Shown: in pieces, positions 48,152-58,124 of the stretch
How positions within the stretch are numbered: the stretch's first letter is position 1
How the letters are laid out: the number at the start of each line of letters is the position of its first letter
NCBI GenBank assembly: GCA_963792415.1
Contig: CAWBVY010000004.1
Span: 160,001-224,000 of the forward strand
DNA from: Candidatus Deferrimicrobiaceae bacterium
Lineage (GTDB): Bacteria; Desulfobacterota; Deferrimicrobia; Deferrimicrobiales; Deferrimicrobiaceae
DNA: 64,000 bases
Direction of reading: 5' to 3'
The notes under the pieces: model-generated
Told to the model about the DNA's origin: nothing
Databases searched by the model: none
The model's input: the letters and a program-made list of their open reading frames with translations, nothing else
Program-made: the position numbers and the translations under genes

Positions 48152-48759
48152 TGGACGATCCCCTCGATCTTTTCGATGTTCTCGCGGACCAGGCGCTCCT
48201 GGTCCTCGGGCGACAACGTCTTGCGGACGAGCTCCTCGGCGGCGCGGGCCGTAAGGACGGACGCCTCGCGGCGCAGCTCCTCGCGGGCCTTCTTCACTTC
48301 CTGTTCGCCGGTGAACTCCGACTGGGTGCGGATCCGGGAGATCTCGGCGGCGACGGTCTCCTGCAGGCGCCGCGCCTCGGCGGCGGCATCGTCGTCCATC
48401 TTCGCGTTCAATCCCGCGATCTCGTCGCCCAGTTTCGCGGTGCGGGCCTCGATGGCGGCCAGCTTCTCCGCCGCGTCCGCGCGGGCCCTCGCGGCATCGT
48501 CGATCGCCTTGCGCATCAGTTCGCTTCGCTCCTTGAGGAAGGAGGAAAGCGGCTTGCGCAGGAAGTAGACGAGCACGCCGGCGAGGATGAGGAAGTTGAT
48601 CGCCTGCTTGAGGATCTCCCCCCAGGGGACGTGGACGCCGGCCCCCGGGTGCGCCCCGCTCTCCTCGGCGGCGAACGCGACGGCGGCGGCGCACAGGGAC
48701 GCCGCAAGGGGCGCGACGACGCGCAGCGCGCGGAAGGCGCGGATCCGCGGGCGGTTCAC
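48148..48759 (-). CDS. atpF: ATP synthase F0 subunit b
   Basis: INFLILAGVLVYFLRKPL transmembrane helix followed by a coiled coil; operon position. Confidence 0.9.
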   Translation of the reverse strand: MNRPRIRAFRALRVVAPLAASLCAAAVAFAAEESGAHPGAGVHVPWGEILKQAINFLILAGVLVYFLRKPLSSFLKERSELMRKAIDDAARARADAAEKLAAIEARTAKLGDEIAGLNAKMDDDAAAEARRLQETVAAEISRIRTQSEFTGEQEVKKAREELRREASVLTARAAEELVRKTLSPEDQERLVRENIEKIEGIVH

Positions 48760-49211
48760 GCGACCGGCCTCCCGAGGACTTTCCGGGCGATCTCCGTGGA
48801 GAGCTGCGCCACCTGGTCGCGCAGGAACGCGGCGGCCGATTCCTTCTCGGCGGAGATCCGCCCCTTCAGTTCCTCGACCTTCAGGTTCGTTTCCTCTACC
48901 ACGGCTTCGACCTGTTTGCGGCCGTCACGGGCAGTCTCTTCCATGACCCGGCGCTTCCGGGCGAGCGCCTCGGCCGCGCCCTTGCGGAGCGCCTCGTCGT
49001 ACCCGCGGGCCTTCTCGTCGGCCTCGACCAGGATCCGGCGGGATTCCTCGACCGGCTTCACCGAGAGGTTCTCCCGCTCCTCGAAGGTACGGAGGATCGG
49101 ACGGATGAGGAGGGAAGAGAGGAGGAACGCGAGGACGACCACCAGGCCCAGCTGGAGCAGGACGAGCCGGGAGATCTCCAACGTCTCGAAAATCTTGCTC
49201 ACAAGTTCCAT
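48756..49211 (-). CDS. ATP synthase F0 subunit b' (second b paralog)
   Basis: N-terminal TM helix, LLIRPILRTFEERE, coiled coil and IARKVLGR. Confidence 0.85.
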   Translation of the reverse strand: MELVSKIFETLEISRLVLLQLGLVVVLAFLLSSLLIRPILRTFEERENLSVKPVEESRRILVEADEKARGYDEALRKGAAEALARKRRVMEETARDGRKQVEAVVEETNLKVEELKGRISAEKESAAAFLRDQVAQLSTEIARKVLGRPVA

Positions 49212-49338
49212 GAAACCGGCACTCCCCCGGGGGCGGACTGGTCTACGGAAGGACAACTACAAGAGAAACGGAAGATTGGTACCACGCCCGCCGCGGAACT
49301 GTCAAGGGCTTCTTGGCGATCGGCGGGGTACAAATTGA

Positions 49339-49369
49339 GAAGGGCGCCGGGGAAACCCCGGCGCCCTTC
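49339..49369 (-). terminator. Strong hairpin, probable terminator of the small lipoprotein gene
   Basis: GAAGGGCGCCGGGG-AAA-CCCCGGCGCCCTTC, perfect 14-bp stem just past the TAG at 49393. Confidence 0.75.
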
Positions 49370-49392
49370 CTCTTGCCTTGCTGCCCGTGGAG

Positions 49393-49586
49393 CTACTTCT
49401 TGGGCTCTTCAGCCGGAGCTGCAGGTGCTGCGCGGTGCGCGCCGGAGCCATGTTGTCGGCAGGCGCGGCAGGCGCGGCGGCCGGCGGCGGAGGCGGCGGC
49501 GGCGGCTCTTCCTTCTTCGCACAAGCGGAGAGGCCGATCGTCGCGGCCAGCATCAGCGCGAACAGCATTGACAGATACTTGCGCAT
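49393..49586 (-). CDS. Small Pro/Ala-rich lipoprotein, frameshifted in this sequence
   Basis: AGGAG RBS, lipobox LSA-C, KKEEPPPP...; the natural ending AAPAAPAEEPKK-TAG lies in a shifted frame after ~49440. Confidence 0.7.
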
Positions 49587-49657
49587 GTGGTTCTCACTCC
49601 TTTCCCTCGGAATTTATCCGTATTCGCGGATAAGATATTATTAGATTATATGGGGGT

Positions 49658-49685
49658 AATATAGCATAGGCAAATCGGGTTGCAA
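49658..49685 (-). promoter_or_regulatory. Putative sigma-70 promoter of the lipoprotein gene
   Basis: TTGCAA-16 nt-TATATT with a TGn extension in an AT-rich gap; inverted repeat TTATCCG-N6-CGGATAA at 49614..49633. Confidence 0.45.
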
Positions 49686-49753
49686 TACTTTTTTAAAATG
49701 GGAATTCTTTTATCCCTGACGTACCGCCGTCGGCAATCCCTCGTCGATGAACG

Positions 49754-50635
49754 TCATCGCCCGCGGAACAGAACCTCGCAGAGTCGATCGAGCTCCTCCG
49801 ACGAGAAGTAGAAGATCTCGACGCATCCCTTCTTCAACGTACCGCGCAGCCGCACCCGCGTGCCCCCGCGGCGGGAGAGCTCCTCCTCGAGACTTTTCCG
49901 GTGGACATCCGGCGGGGCCGCGCCCCGCGCGGCTTTCCGTTTTCCGGCGGGGCCGCACAGCCGCTCCGTCTCCCGGACCGACAGGCCACGCCGCAGCACC
50001 GTCTCGCAGATCGACGACGCGTGCTCCGGCGGCGCGGAGAGGAGCGCGCGGGCGTGTCCGGCGGAGAGGCGTCCGTCCGCCACCGCCTGGCGGACCGGGG
50101 GGGGCAGCTTGAGAAGCCGCACGGTGTTGGCCACCGTCGCGCGGTCCTTCCCAACCCGCTCGGCCACCTGCTCCTGGGAGAGGGAGAAGTCGTGCACCAG
50201 CCGCTGGTACCCCTCGGCAAGCTCGATCGCGTTCAGATCCGTCCGCTGGATGTTTTCCACGAGCGCGGCTTCGAGCGCCTCCCGGTCGGAGAGCCTGCGC
50301 ACCACCGCAGGGATGGTGGAAAGCCCCGCGGCCTCGGCGGCGCGGAACCGCCGTTCCCCGGCGACCAGCTCATACCCGTCCGGGGTCGGCCGGACCAGCA
50401 CCGGCTGCAGAACCCCTTTTTCACGGATCGAGGCGACGAGTTCCTCGAGCGCCATCGGGGGGAAGGTCCTCCGGGGCTGCAGGCTTCCCGCGCGGATTTT
50501 TTCCACGGGGATCTGGAGGAACCCGGGGTCGCGTCCGGCGCCGGGGGCTCCCGCGGACGGCGTGGTGCCCGTCAACAGGGCGGAGAGACCCCGCCCCAGT
50601 GCTTTCTTCTTTACGGGATCGTTCTTCCGTTCCAT
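49754..50635 (-). CDS. parB: Chromosome partitioning protein ParB
   Basis: ALGRGL, QPR, GVLQPVLVR, AGERRFRA and ENIQR motifs. Confidence 0.95.
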   Translation of the reverse strand: MERKNDPVKKKALGRGLSALLTGTTPSAGAPGAGRDPGFLQIPVEKIRAGSLQPRRTFPPMALEELVASIREKGVLQPVLVRPTPDGYELVAGERRFRAAEAAGLSTIPAVVRRLSDREALEAALVENIQRTDLNAIELAEGYQRLVHDFSLSQEQVAERVGKDRATVANTVRLLKLPPPVRQAVADGRLSAGHARALLSAPPEHASSICETVLRRGLSVRETERLCGPAGKRKAARGAAPPDVHRKSLEEELSRRGGTRVRLRGTLKKGCVEIFYFSSEELDRLCEVLFRGR

Positions 50636-51393
50636 CGATGCACCATCTCCCGGGCCAGTTCGAGGTAACTTTGCGCTCCGCGGGAGGAAACGGCGTACAG
50701 AAGCGCCGGCTTTCCATGGGAGGGCGACTCGGACAGGCGGACGTTTCTTGGTATAACTGTTTGAAATACTTGATCTTTCAGGATTTCACGGGCCTCGTCC
50801 GCGACCTGGTGGGCCAGGTTGTTCCGCGCGTCGAACATGGTGAGCGCCACCCCCTCGATCCGCAGTCCCGGGTTCATCTCCTCCCGGATCCGGTCGATGG
50901 TACGGAACAGGCTGGAAAGCCCTTCCAATGCATAATATTCACACTGAAGAGGAATCACTACCGAATCCGCCGCACAGAGGGCGTTTACCGTCAACAGGCC
51001 CAGGGAGGGGGGACAATCGATCACGATGACATCGTACTCTTCCGCAACAGGAGCCAGCGCCTCGGCCAGACGCCGCTCCCTCCGCTCCATCGGCACCAGT
51101 TCGATCTCGGCCCCGATCAGGTCCGCGGAAGCGGGCAACAAGAACAGGAAGGGAAGACCGGTCTCCCGGATCGCCTGTGCCACGGGAATCTCCCCCATGA
51201 GGACGCGGTAGACGTTCCGCTCCTCGTCCCCCCCGGGGGTCCCCCCCACGCCGGAGGAGGCGTTCGCCTGCGGGTCGAGGTCGACGAGCAGCGTCTTCTT
51301 CTCCATCACGGAGAGGGAGGCCGCCAGGTTGACCGCGGTGGTGGTCTTCCCGACGCCACCCTTCTGGTTGGCGACGGTGAGGATACGGGCCAA
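50611..51393 (-). CDS. parA: Chromosome partitioning ATPase ParA/Soj
   Basis: NQKGGVGKTT, DLDPQAN, DCPPSLG and IPRNVRLSESPSHG motifs; TTG start after AGGAGG. Confidence 0.95.
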   Translation of the reverse strand: MARILTVANQKGGVGKTTTAVNLAASLSVMEKKTLLVDLDPQANASSGVGGTPGGDEERNVYRVLMGEIPVAQAIRETGLPFLFLLPASADLIGAEIELVPMERRERRLAEALAPVAEEYDVIVIDCPPSLGLLTVNALCAADSVVIPLQCEYYALEGLSSLFRTIDRIREEMNPGLRIEGVALTMFDARNNLAHQVADEAREILKDQVFQTVIPRNVRLSESPSHGKPALLYAVSSRGAQSYLELAREMVHRWNGRTIP

Positions 51394-51480
51394 TACGGGC
51401 CCTCCTTTTTCCGGAGACACAACGGTATCTTGTACCACGGGGAGGCGGTTGGCGAAAGGGGGAAATCCCGCGCGCGGGCG

Positions 51481-52140
51481 TTACGGGCCCGCCGGCTCGA
51501 TCTCGACGATCTCCCGCTCCCCCATCCCACGGGGGAGATGGAACCGCTCCCGGCGGGTCACCGTGCCCGGGAGGTCTCCCGGAGCGCTCTCCCGCGCCCC
51601 CGGCCCCATCATGAAGAGGAACCGTCCGCCGTCCGCCAGGTACGGGGACAGGAGCGGAACGATCTTGCCCGGCGATGCCGTCGCTCGGGTGACGATGTGG
51701 TCGTGCGGGGGAAGGGGGAGCCTCTTCCGCTCCTCCGCCCTCGCCTGGACGACGGCGACGTTCGAAAGTCGCAGCATCCCCCGGGTCCGGGAAAGGAACG
51801 CGCACTTTTTCACGGAGGCCTCCAGAACGGTTACGCGGGCTCCCGGAAGATACAGGGCCAACGGGATGCCGGGGTACCCGGCGCCCGAGCCGAAATCGAG
51901 GATGCGACCGGGGAATGGCGCGAACCGCAGGAGCAGGAGAGAATCCGCCACGTGCTTCACCGCCACCTCGACCGGGTCGGTGATGGCGGTCAGGCGGATC
52001 GACCGGTTCCACCGGAGCATCTCGTTGGCGTGGAGCACGAGCTGCTCCACCGCCTCGGGGAAGTCCGGGATCCCCGCCTCGGAGAGGACCTCCCGCAACA
52101 GGCCGGCGGAGACTTCCCCCCCTCCCCCTCCCCTCACCAT
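51481..52140 (-). CDS. rsmG: 16S rRNA m7G527 methyltransferase
   Basis: LTAI, KHVADSL, DFGSGAGYPGIPL and KKCAFL motifs; between mnmG and parA. Confidence 0.92.
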   Translation of the reverse strand: MVRGGGGGEVSAGLLREVLSEAGIPDFPEAVEQLVLHANEMLRWNRSIRLTAITDPVEVAVKHVADSLLLLRFAPFPGRILDFGSGAGYPGIPLALYLPGARVTVLEASVKKCAFLSRTRGMLRLSNVAVVQARAEERKRLPLPPHDHIVTRATASPGKIVPLLSPYLADGGRFLFMMGPGARESAPGDLPGTVTRRERFHLPRGMGEREIVEIEPAGP

Positions 52141-52156
52141 GGCCGCCCCCCCGGAA

Positions 52157-52172
52157 TGTTCCACGTGGAACA
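52157..52172. promoter_or_regulatory. parS site
   Basis: TGTTCCACGTGGAACA, matching the parS consensus, inside a 26-bp palindrome at 52152..52177. Confidence 0.93.
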
Positions 52173-52210
52173 TTCCGAAAAACTCCCTCTGCAGAAAGGA
52201 GTTACCGGGC

Positions 52211-54121
52211 TCATCCCGTCGTTTCCCCGAGCAGTGCGGGAAGTACCCCCCGTCGCAGCACGACCAGCAGGAGGGCGACGGCCGCCGGGGTCACCCCGGG
52301 GATCCGCTGCGCCTGTCCGATGGAGTCGGGCCGGACCCGGACGAGCTTGTCCCGGACTTCGGCGGAAAGGCCCGGGACGGTTTCGAACGGGAACGTGGAC
52401 GGGAACCGCATCTCTTCGTATTTCTTCATGTTTCTAGCCTCATCTTCCTGCCGTCGGATATACCCTTCATACTTGATGGAAAGTTCCGCCTGCTCCACCG
52501 CCTCCCGGGTCGCCCCCCGCAGCTCCGGGTCGCAGGCAAGGAGCATCGCGCCCGTAACCCCGGGACGGCGCAACGCCTCCGCGTAGGTGATGCCGGGCCG
52601 CAGGAGCGCATCCCCCGCCTGCTCTACCGCGCCGCACAGCGGGTGGCCGGCCCCCACGCGGCCTTCCTCGAGCCGCTTTCGGAACGCATCGATCCCCTCC
52701 CGCTTCGCGAGGAACCGACGGTACCGTTCCTCCGGGAGCAGTCCGACCCGCCGCCCCGTATCGGACAGGCGCAAGTCCGCGTTGTCCTCCCGCAGCAGCA
52801 GCCGGTACTCCGCCCGGGAGGTGAACATCCGGTACGGCTCCAGCGCCCCCTTCGTCGTCAGGTCGTCGATCAGGACCCCGATGTAGGCGTCGGCCCGCGA
52901 GAGCACCATCGGCGGCCTCCCGCTCACCCGAAGCGCCGCGTTGATCCCCGCCACGATCCCTTGCGCCCCCGCCTCTTCGTATCCGCTCGTCCCGTTGATC
53001 TGCCCGGCATGGAACAGGTTTTTCACCAGTTTCGTTTCCAGGGAGGAGTGCAGCTGCACGGGATCGACGAAGTCGTACTCGATCGCGTACCCGGGTCGAA
53101 CGATCTCCACGGATTCCAGCCCCGGGATGGACCGCAGCATCTTCCGCTGAATGTCGTAGGGCAGGCTCGTGGAGACCCCGTTCGGGTAATACTCCGCGGT
53201 CTTCAACCCTTCGGGCTCGAGGAAGACCTGGTGCCGCTCCTTCCCGGAGAACCGGACGACCTTGTCCTCGATGGAGGGGCAGTACCGGGGGCCGATTCCC
53301 TTGATGATCCCTGAATAGAGCGGTGACCGGGAAAGGCCGGACCGGATCGCCTCGTGGGTCGCGGCGTTCGTGTACGTCAGGAAGCACGGAAGCTGCGGCC
53401 GACGGATCGCCTCCGTACCGAAGGAAAAAGGGACGGGCCGATCGTCCCCCTCCTGACGGACGGTCTTCGAGAAGTCGATCGTCTTGGCGTCGAGCCGGGG
53501 GGTGGTGCCGGTTTTCAGGCGCCCGACGGAGAACCCGAGCCGACGGAGGGAATCCGACAGGTGCATGGAGGGGAAATCCCCCGCCCTTCCGGCCGGGTAG
53601 CTCACCATCCCGACATGGACCAATCCTTTCAGGAAGGTCCCGGGGCAAAGGACCACGGTCTTTCCGCGGTACCGGACCTCGAGGTTCGTGTCCACCCCCA
53701 CCGCCGCGTCCCCTTCCACCACGACCGCGTCGACGATCGCCTGCTTCACGTCCAGCCCGTACGTGGCCTCCAGCGCCTTCTTCATCCGGAGACGGTAGAG
53801 CTGCTTGTCCGCCTGGGCGCGCGAGGAGCGCACCGCAGGCCCCTTGCTCGTGTTCAACTGGCGAAATTGAATACCGGTGGCGTCGATGTTCCGCCCCATC
53901 TCCCCGCCCAGCGCGTCGATCTCCCGCACCAGGTGCCCCTTCGCCAATCCCCCGATCGCCGGATTGCACGACATGAGGGCGATGGCGTCCGCGTTGATCG
54001 TCAACAGGAGGGTGGAGCACCCCATCCGCGCCGCCGCCAGCGACGCCTCGCAGCCGGCGTGCCCGCCCCCGACGACGATGACGTCGTACTCTTTCGGATA
54101 TTCGTACGGAGACCCGCTCAT
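52211..54121 (-). CDS. mnmG: tRNA U34 carboxymethylaminomethyl modification enzyme GidA
   Basis: GGGHAGCEA, MSCNPAIGG, GPRYCPSIEDK, AGQINGTSGYEEA and EPYRMFTSRAEYRL motifs. Confidence 0.98.
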   Translation of the reverse strand: MSGSPYEYPKEYDVIVVGGGHAGCEASLAAARMGCSTLLLTINADAIALMSCNPAIGGLAKGHLVREIDALGGEMGRNIDATGIQFRQLNTSKGPAVRSSRAQADKQLYRLRMKKALEATYGLDVKQAIVDAVVVEGDAAVGVDTNLEVRYRGKTVVLCPGTFLKGLVHVGMVSYPAGRAGDFPSMHLSDSLRRLGFSVGRLKTGTTPRLDAKTIDFSKTVRQEGDDRPVPFSFGTEAIRRPQLPCFLTYTNAATHEAIRSGLSRSPLYSGIIKGIGPRYCPSIEDKVVRFSGKERHQVFLEPEGLKTAEYYPNGVSTSLPYDIQRKMLRSIPGLESVEIVRPGYAIEYDFVDPVQLHSSLETKLVKNLFHAGQINGTSGYEEAGAQGIVAGINAALRVSGRPPMVLSRADAYIGVLIDDLTTKGALEPYRMFTSRAEYRLLLREDNADLRLSDTGRRVGLLPEERYRRFLAKREGIDAFRKRLEEGRVGAGHPLCGAVEQAGDALLRPGITYAEALRRPGVTGAMLLACDPELRGATREAVEQAELSIKYEGYIRRQEDEARNMKKYEEMRFPSTFPFETVPGLSAEVRDKLVRVRPDSIGQAQRIPGVTPAAVALLLVVLRRGVLPALLGETTG

Positions 54122-54135
54122 CGCGTCCCGCTCAA

Positions 54136-54151
54136 TGTTCCACGTGGAACA
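54136..54151. promoter_or_regulatory. parS site
   Basis: TGTTCCACGTGGAACA between mnmE and mnmG. Confidence 0.93.
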
Positions 54152-54176
54152 CTTTTGATATTCTTTTTATTATCAA

Positions 54177-55550
54177 CTACTTACCTATACAGAATGCGTC
54201 GAAGATCGCGTCGAGGACCTCTTCCGGGGCAACTTCCCCCAGCAGTTCCGCGAGAGCCCCGGCCGCCTCCCGGACATCCGTCGCCGGGAATTCGAGCGGG
54301 AGGCCTTCCGCCGCCGCCACCGACGCGCGGGACAAGGCCGACAGCGCCCGCTCGACCGCCATTCGTTGCCGCGCGCGGGTCAGCGGCGCCTGCGCCCGGA
54401 TCGCGCCCTCGGCCGGCGACACTTCCCTGGCGATCTCCACCAAGAGATCCCGGATCCCCTCCCCTGTTTTCGCGGAGAGGCGCAAGACCCCCCTCTTCCC
54501 CGCCCCGGCGAATCCACCCCCCTCCTCCTCCACCGCCAGGTCCGACTTGTTCAACAGGACCAGATGCGGCAGGGAAGCGACCTCTTCGTACGCGGAACGG
54601 TCCGCCGCCGCCGCCGGCCGGCTGCCGTCCAGAACGAAGAGGACGAGGTCCGCCGTCGCGACGATCTCCCGGCTGCGCCGCACCCCCTCCCGCTCCACCG
54701 GGTCCGCGGTCTCCCGAAGTCCGGCCGTGTCGATCAAGGTCACCGGGACCCCGGCGATGGGGATGTCGGCGTGAAGATAATCCCGCGTGGTCCCGGGGGT
54801 CTCCGTCACGATCGCGCGCTCCTCCCCCGCCAGTCGGTTCAGCAGTCGCGATTTCCCGACGTTCGCGACACCGGCGATCACGATCGTCGCGCCGTCCCGG
54901 TACCGGTGCCCCGCCTCGTACGACCGCAGGAGCCCTTCCAGCCTTGCCATTATTTCCGACACCCGTTCTAATAGTTGCATACTTGTGATCGCCGGGACAT
55001 CGTCCTCTTCCGCGAAATCGATCGCCGCCTCCTGGAGCGTGAGGAGGGAGAGAAGCCGCTCCCGCAGCGGGACGATCTCTTCCCGGATGCCGCCCCGCAT
55101 CTGTCGCAGCGCCGCCCGCGCCGCCTCCTCCGTCCGGGCCGCGATGAGGTCGCAGAGGCCCTCCGCCTGCGTCAGGTCCATCTTCCCCCGGTGAAACGCC
55201 CGTCGGGAGAACTCTCCCGGTTCCGCCGGTACGGCCCCCGCCGCGCACGCCGCCCGGACGACGGTCTCCACCACCACGGGATTGCCGTGAAGGTGGATCT
55301 CCACGACATCCTCTCCGGTGAAGCTGTCCGGTTCGGGGAAGAAGACGGCAAGCGCGACGTCGAGGATCTCCCCGGACGCGTTGCGGACGGAACACCGTCG
55401 CAACATCCTCGGGGGAGCATCGGCAGGGGAGAGACCGGTGAGACGGCCGGCGAGCGGAAAAGCGTCCGGCCCGGAGAGGCGCACGACGGAGATGGCGCCC
55501 GTCCCGCCCGGCGTGGCGGGTGCGACGATCGTCGTGTCTTCGCGGGTCAT
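54177..55550 (-). CDS. mnmE: tRNA modification GTPase TrmE
   Basis: SFTGEDVVE, GVANVGKS, GTTRD, DTAG, NKSD and C-terminal FCIGK. Confidence 0.97.
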   Translation of the reverse strand: MTREDTTIVAPATPGGTGAISVVRLSGPDAFPLAGRLTGLSPADAPPRMLRRCSVRNASGEILDVALAVFFPEPDSFTGEDVVEIHLHGNPVVVETVVRAACAAGAVPAEPGEFSRRAFHRGKMDLTQAEGLCDLIAARTEEAARAALRQMRGGIREEIVPLRERLLSLLTLQEAAIDFAEEDDVPAITSMQLLERVSEIMARLEGLLRSYEAGHRYRDGATIVIAGVANVGKSRLLNRLAGEERAIVTETPGTTRDYLHADIPIAGVPVTLIDTAGLRETADPVEREGVRRSREIVATADLVLFVLDGSRPAAAADRSAYEEVASLPHLVLLNKSDLAVEEEGGGFAGAGKRGVLRLSAKTGEGIRDLLVEIAREVSPAEGAIRAQAPLTRARQRMAVERALSALSRASVAAAEGLPLEFPATDVREAAGALAELLGEVAPEEVLDAIFDAFCIGK

Positions 55551-55557
55551 CCGGGCG

Positions 55558-57240
55558 TTACGCCGTTGCGGTTTTTGCCGCCTCCGCCTTGCGGTTGTAG
55601 ATCATCTGCTGCCCGATGGCGAGGATGTTGTTCACCAGCCAGTAGATGACGAGCCCGGTCGGGAAGCTCCAGAACATGAAGGTGAAGATGAGGGGCATGA
55701 ACAGCATCATCTTCTGCTGCATCGGCTCCATCCCCGCCGACGGCGTCATCTTCTGCTGGACGAACATGGAGACCCCCATCAGGAGCGGCAGCAGGCGGAT
55801 CGGCAAATCGTACCCCGCGACGGCGATGTTCCAGAGGTGCTCGGGGGCGGACAGGTCGTTTATCCAGAGGAAGAACGGCGCGTGCCGCAGCTCGATCGTG
55901 ACCAGCAGCCCCTTGTAGAGGGCGATGAACACCGGGATCTGGGCAACCATCGGCAGGCATCCGGAGAGGGGATTGATCTTGTACGTCTTGTACAGGTTCA
56001 TCGTCTCCTGGTTGAGGCGCTGCGTGTCCCCCTTGTACTTCTCCTTCAGCGTCTTGATGATCGGCCCCAGTTCCTGCATCTTCCGCATGGAGACGATCGA
56101 CTTCTGCGTGAGGGGGTAGAAGAGGATCTTGATCAGGATGGTGAGCAGGATGATGTCGATTCCGTAGTTCCCCGTCACCCTGTTGCTCGCCTTCATCAGG
56201 AAAACGAGAGGTTTCGCGACGACGGCGAACCATCCGAAGTCGATCAGATCGGGAAGATCCTTCCCCGTGGCCTCGAGCAGCGCGGACCGCTTCGGTCCCG
56301 CGAAGACGCGGGCTCCTGCGCGAACCGTGTCGCCCGGCTGCAGCGTCGCCGCCGTGTCGGCCGCCGCCACCCGGGCGCCGGTCTCCCCGACCAGCGCCGC
56401 CCGTGTAACCGACCACTCCCGCTCGGGCAGGAGGATCCAGGTGAAATATTTCGCGTCTGCCGCGATCCACCGCGCAGGACCCTTTTCGATTTTCCCCTTG
56501 GAGATGTCCTTCAGGTCGTACCGCTTCAGGCCCGATTTGCCGGAACCGACGACGATGCCGTGGAAGGAGTAGGAGTCTCCGGCGAGCTCTCCCTCGTAGA
56601 TCTGTTCGAGCTCGAGCCCGGGGCGGATCGCGACCGGCTCCCTCGACCCGTTGGTCGTCTGGACACGGGCCTCGAACTCGTACTTGTCCCCATGGAACTC
56701 GTACTCCCGCGACACCCGGACCCCGGTGGTCGATTCCCACGTGAGCAGGACGCTCCGGGTCTCTCCCGCCTTCACCACGATCTCGGCCGGGGCGTCGGAA
56801 GAGAAGGCCAGGGGGGAGGGCAGGGGAGGGCGGTCCTCGTCGAGGTAGAGCGACAGCGTCGGATGGAGCGGCGCCTTTCCACCGAGGATGTCAAGCGGCC
56901 GCCCGGTGGGACCGGGAGCGTCCTTGTACCCGGACAGAAGGAAGGAGGAAACGCCGCCGCCCTCGGTGGCGAGGGACACGGAGTACAGGGGGGTCTTCAC
57001 CGTGATCGTCCGGCCCGACACGGCGGCCTTGGCCGCGAGTCCTCCGGCGACGGACGCCGGGCCGGGGGCCGGCGCTTCCTTCGCCGCCGGGGCGGGAACG
57101 GGGGCAACCGCCGCCCCGTTGTCCTTCCCCGCCGCCGCACCCGGAGGAGCCGGAGGAGGAGGGGCAGGGGAGTAGAAGTGCTGATATCCGATCAGGACGG
57201 CGATCGACAAAGCGATCGCCAGCATCATCCGTTTTTCCAT
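55558..57240 (-). CDS. yidC: Membrane protein insertase
   Basis: GPK, IDFGWF, GNYG, NPLSGCLP, ELRHAPF..WI.DLS and GLVIYW motifs. Confidence 0.96.
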   Translation of the reverse strand: MEKRMMLAIALSIAVLIGYQHFYSPAPPPPAPPGAAAGKDNGAAVAPVPAPAAKEAPAPGPASVAGGLAAKAAVSGRTITVKTPLYSVSLATEGGGVSSFLLSGYKDAPGPTGRPLDILGGKAPLHPTLSLYLDEDRPPLPSPLAFSSDAPAEIVVKAGETRSVLLTWESTTGVRVSREYEFHGDKYEFEARVQTTNGSREPVAIRPGLELEQIYEGELAGDSYSFHGIVVGSGKSGLKRYDLKDISKGKIEKGPARWIAADAKYFTWILLPEREWSVTRAALVGETGARVAAADTAATLQPGDTVRAGARVFAGPKRSALLEATGKDLPDLIDFGWFAVVAKPLVFLMKASNRVTGNYGIDIILLTILIKILFYPLTQKSIVSMRKMQELGPIIKTLKEKYKGDTQRLNQETMNLYKTYKINPLSGCLPMVAQIPVFIALYKGLLVTIELRHAPFFLWINDLSAPEHLWNIAVAGYDLPIRLLPLLMGVSMFVQQKMTPSAGMEPMQQKMMLFMPLIFTFMFWSFPTGLVIYWLVNNILAIGQQMIYNRKAEAAKTATA

Positions 57241-57482
57241 GGTGCCCTCGTTCCGAAAAGTTGAATCCGACGGGGCAGGTCGACGCCTCCCTTATTGAAG
57301 GGATGGCACCTGACGATCCGCCGGATTCCGTCCAGCGCCCCGAGGATCGTCCCGTTCAGTCGGATCGACCCGATCATGTACTCGGAGCAGTTGGGATGGA
57401 ACCTGCAGCAGTTGCCTATGTAAGGGGAAACCGCTGTCTGGTACAGCCTCAGGAGGCCGATGAGGAGCTGTCGGGGCCGCAC
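57225..57482 (-). CDS. yidD: Membrane protein insertion efficiency factor
   Basis: YQTAVSP...CRFHPNCSEY...RIVRCHPF..GG.D. Confidence 0.9.
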   Translation of the reverse strand: MRPRQLLIGLLRLYQTAVSPYIGNCCRFHPNCSEYMIGSIRLNGTILGALDGIRRIVRCHPFNKGGVDLPRRIQLFGTRAPWKNG

Positions 57483-57859
57483 GGGGAGTCTCCCTCGCCT
57501 CCCCAGCGCCGTTGAAGCGCGGGGAGCAGTTCGGCGCACACTGAGTCAAGAACCGCCCCCTCGGGGGGCTTCCGGACCACGATCGCGGTCCGGGTCCCCA
57601 CCGGGAAGACGCTTTTGTGCATCCGGTAGAATTCCCGCAACAGCCGCTTGGCGCGGTTACGGGCAACGGCGTCCCCCGCGCGTTTCCCGGCGGAGATGCC
57701 CACCTGGCGTTTTCCCCCGCCCAGGGAGTCGCGGTAGACCGTATAATGCGTCGTATGCAGGCGTGCGCCCTTGCGCACCACCTCCCGGAACTCCCGGTCG
57801 GTGCGCAGGCGCTCGCTCGCGGGGAAGTCCCGCGGCCGTTCCCCAGGGGGAACGGTCAC
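57449..57859 (-). CDS. rnpA: Ribonuclease P protein component
   Basis: ERLR...[26 protein letters not shown]; downstream of rpmH. Confidence 0.92.
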   Translation of the reverse strand: MTVPPGERPRDFPASERLRTDREFREVVRKGARLHTTHYTVYRDSLGGGKRQVGISAGKRAGDAVARNRAKRLLREFYRMHKSVFPVGTRTAIVVRKPPEGAVLDSVCAELLPALQRRWGGEGDSPCGPDSSSSAS

Positions 57860-58008
57860 TTCTTGCCGCTGACCGTTACGGAGAGACGCTTCCGCCCCTT
57901 GGCGCGGCGCCGTGAAATGACTTTCCTGCCGCCGGGGGTCGACATCCGCTCCCGGAACCCGTGGGTTCTTTTCCGCCGCAGGTTGTGCGGCTGGTACGTG
58001 CGCTTCAT
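57856..58008 (-). CDS. rpmH: 50S ribosomal protein L34
   Basis: Manual translation: [50 protein letters not shown]. Confidence 0.97.
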   Translation of the reverse strand: MKRTYQPHNLRRKRTHGFRERMSTPGGRKVISRRRAKGRKRLSVTVSGKK

Positions 58009-58061
58009 GGGAATTTCGCTCCTTCCATCAACACGACTCGCTCAAATGACGGGAATTGTAT

Positions 58062-58091
58062 AATCTATTGCCTTATGGACCACCGTGTCAA
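58062..58091 (-). promoter_or_regulatory. Putative sigma-70 promoter of the rpmH operon
   Basis: TTGACA-18 nt-TAGATT. Confidence 0.5.
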
Positions 58092-58124
58092 CCGGTTTTC
58101 CGGCAGGACACGTCCGGGGAGCCC

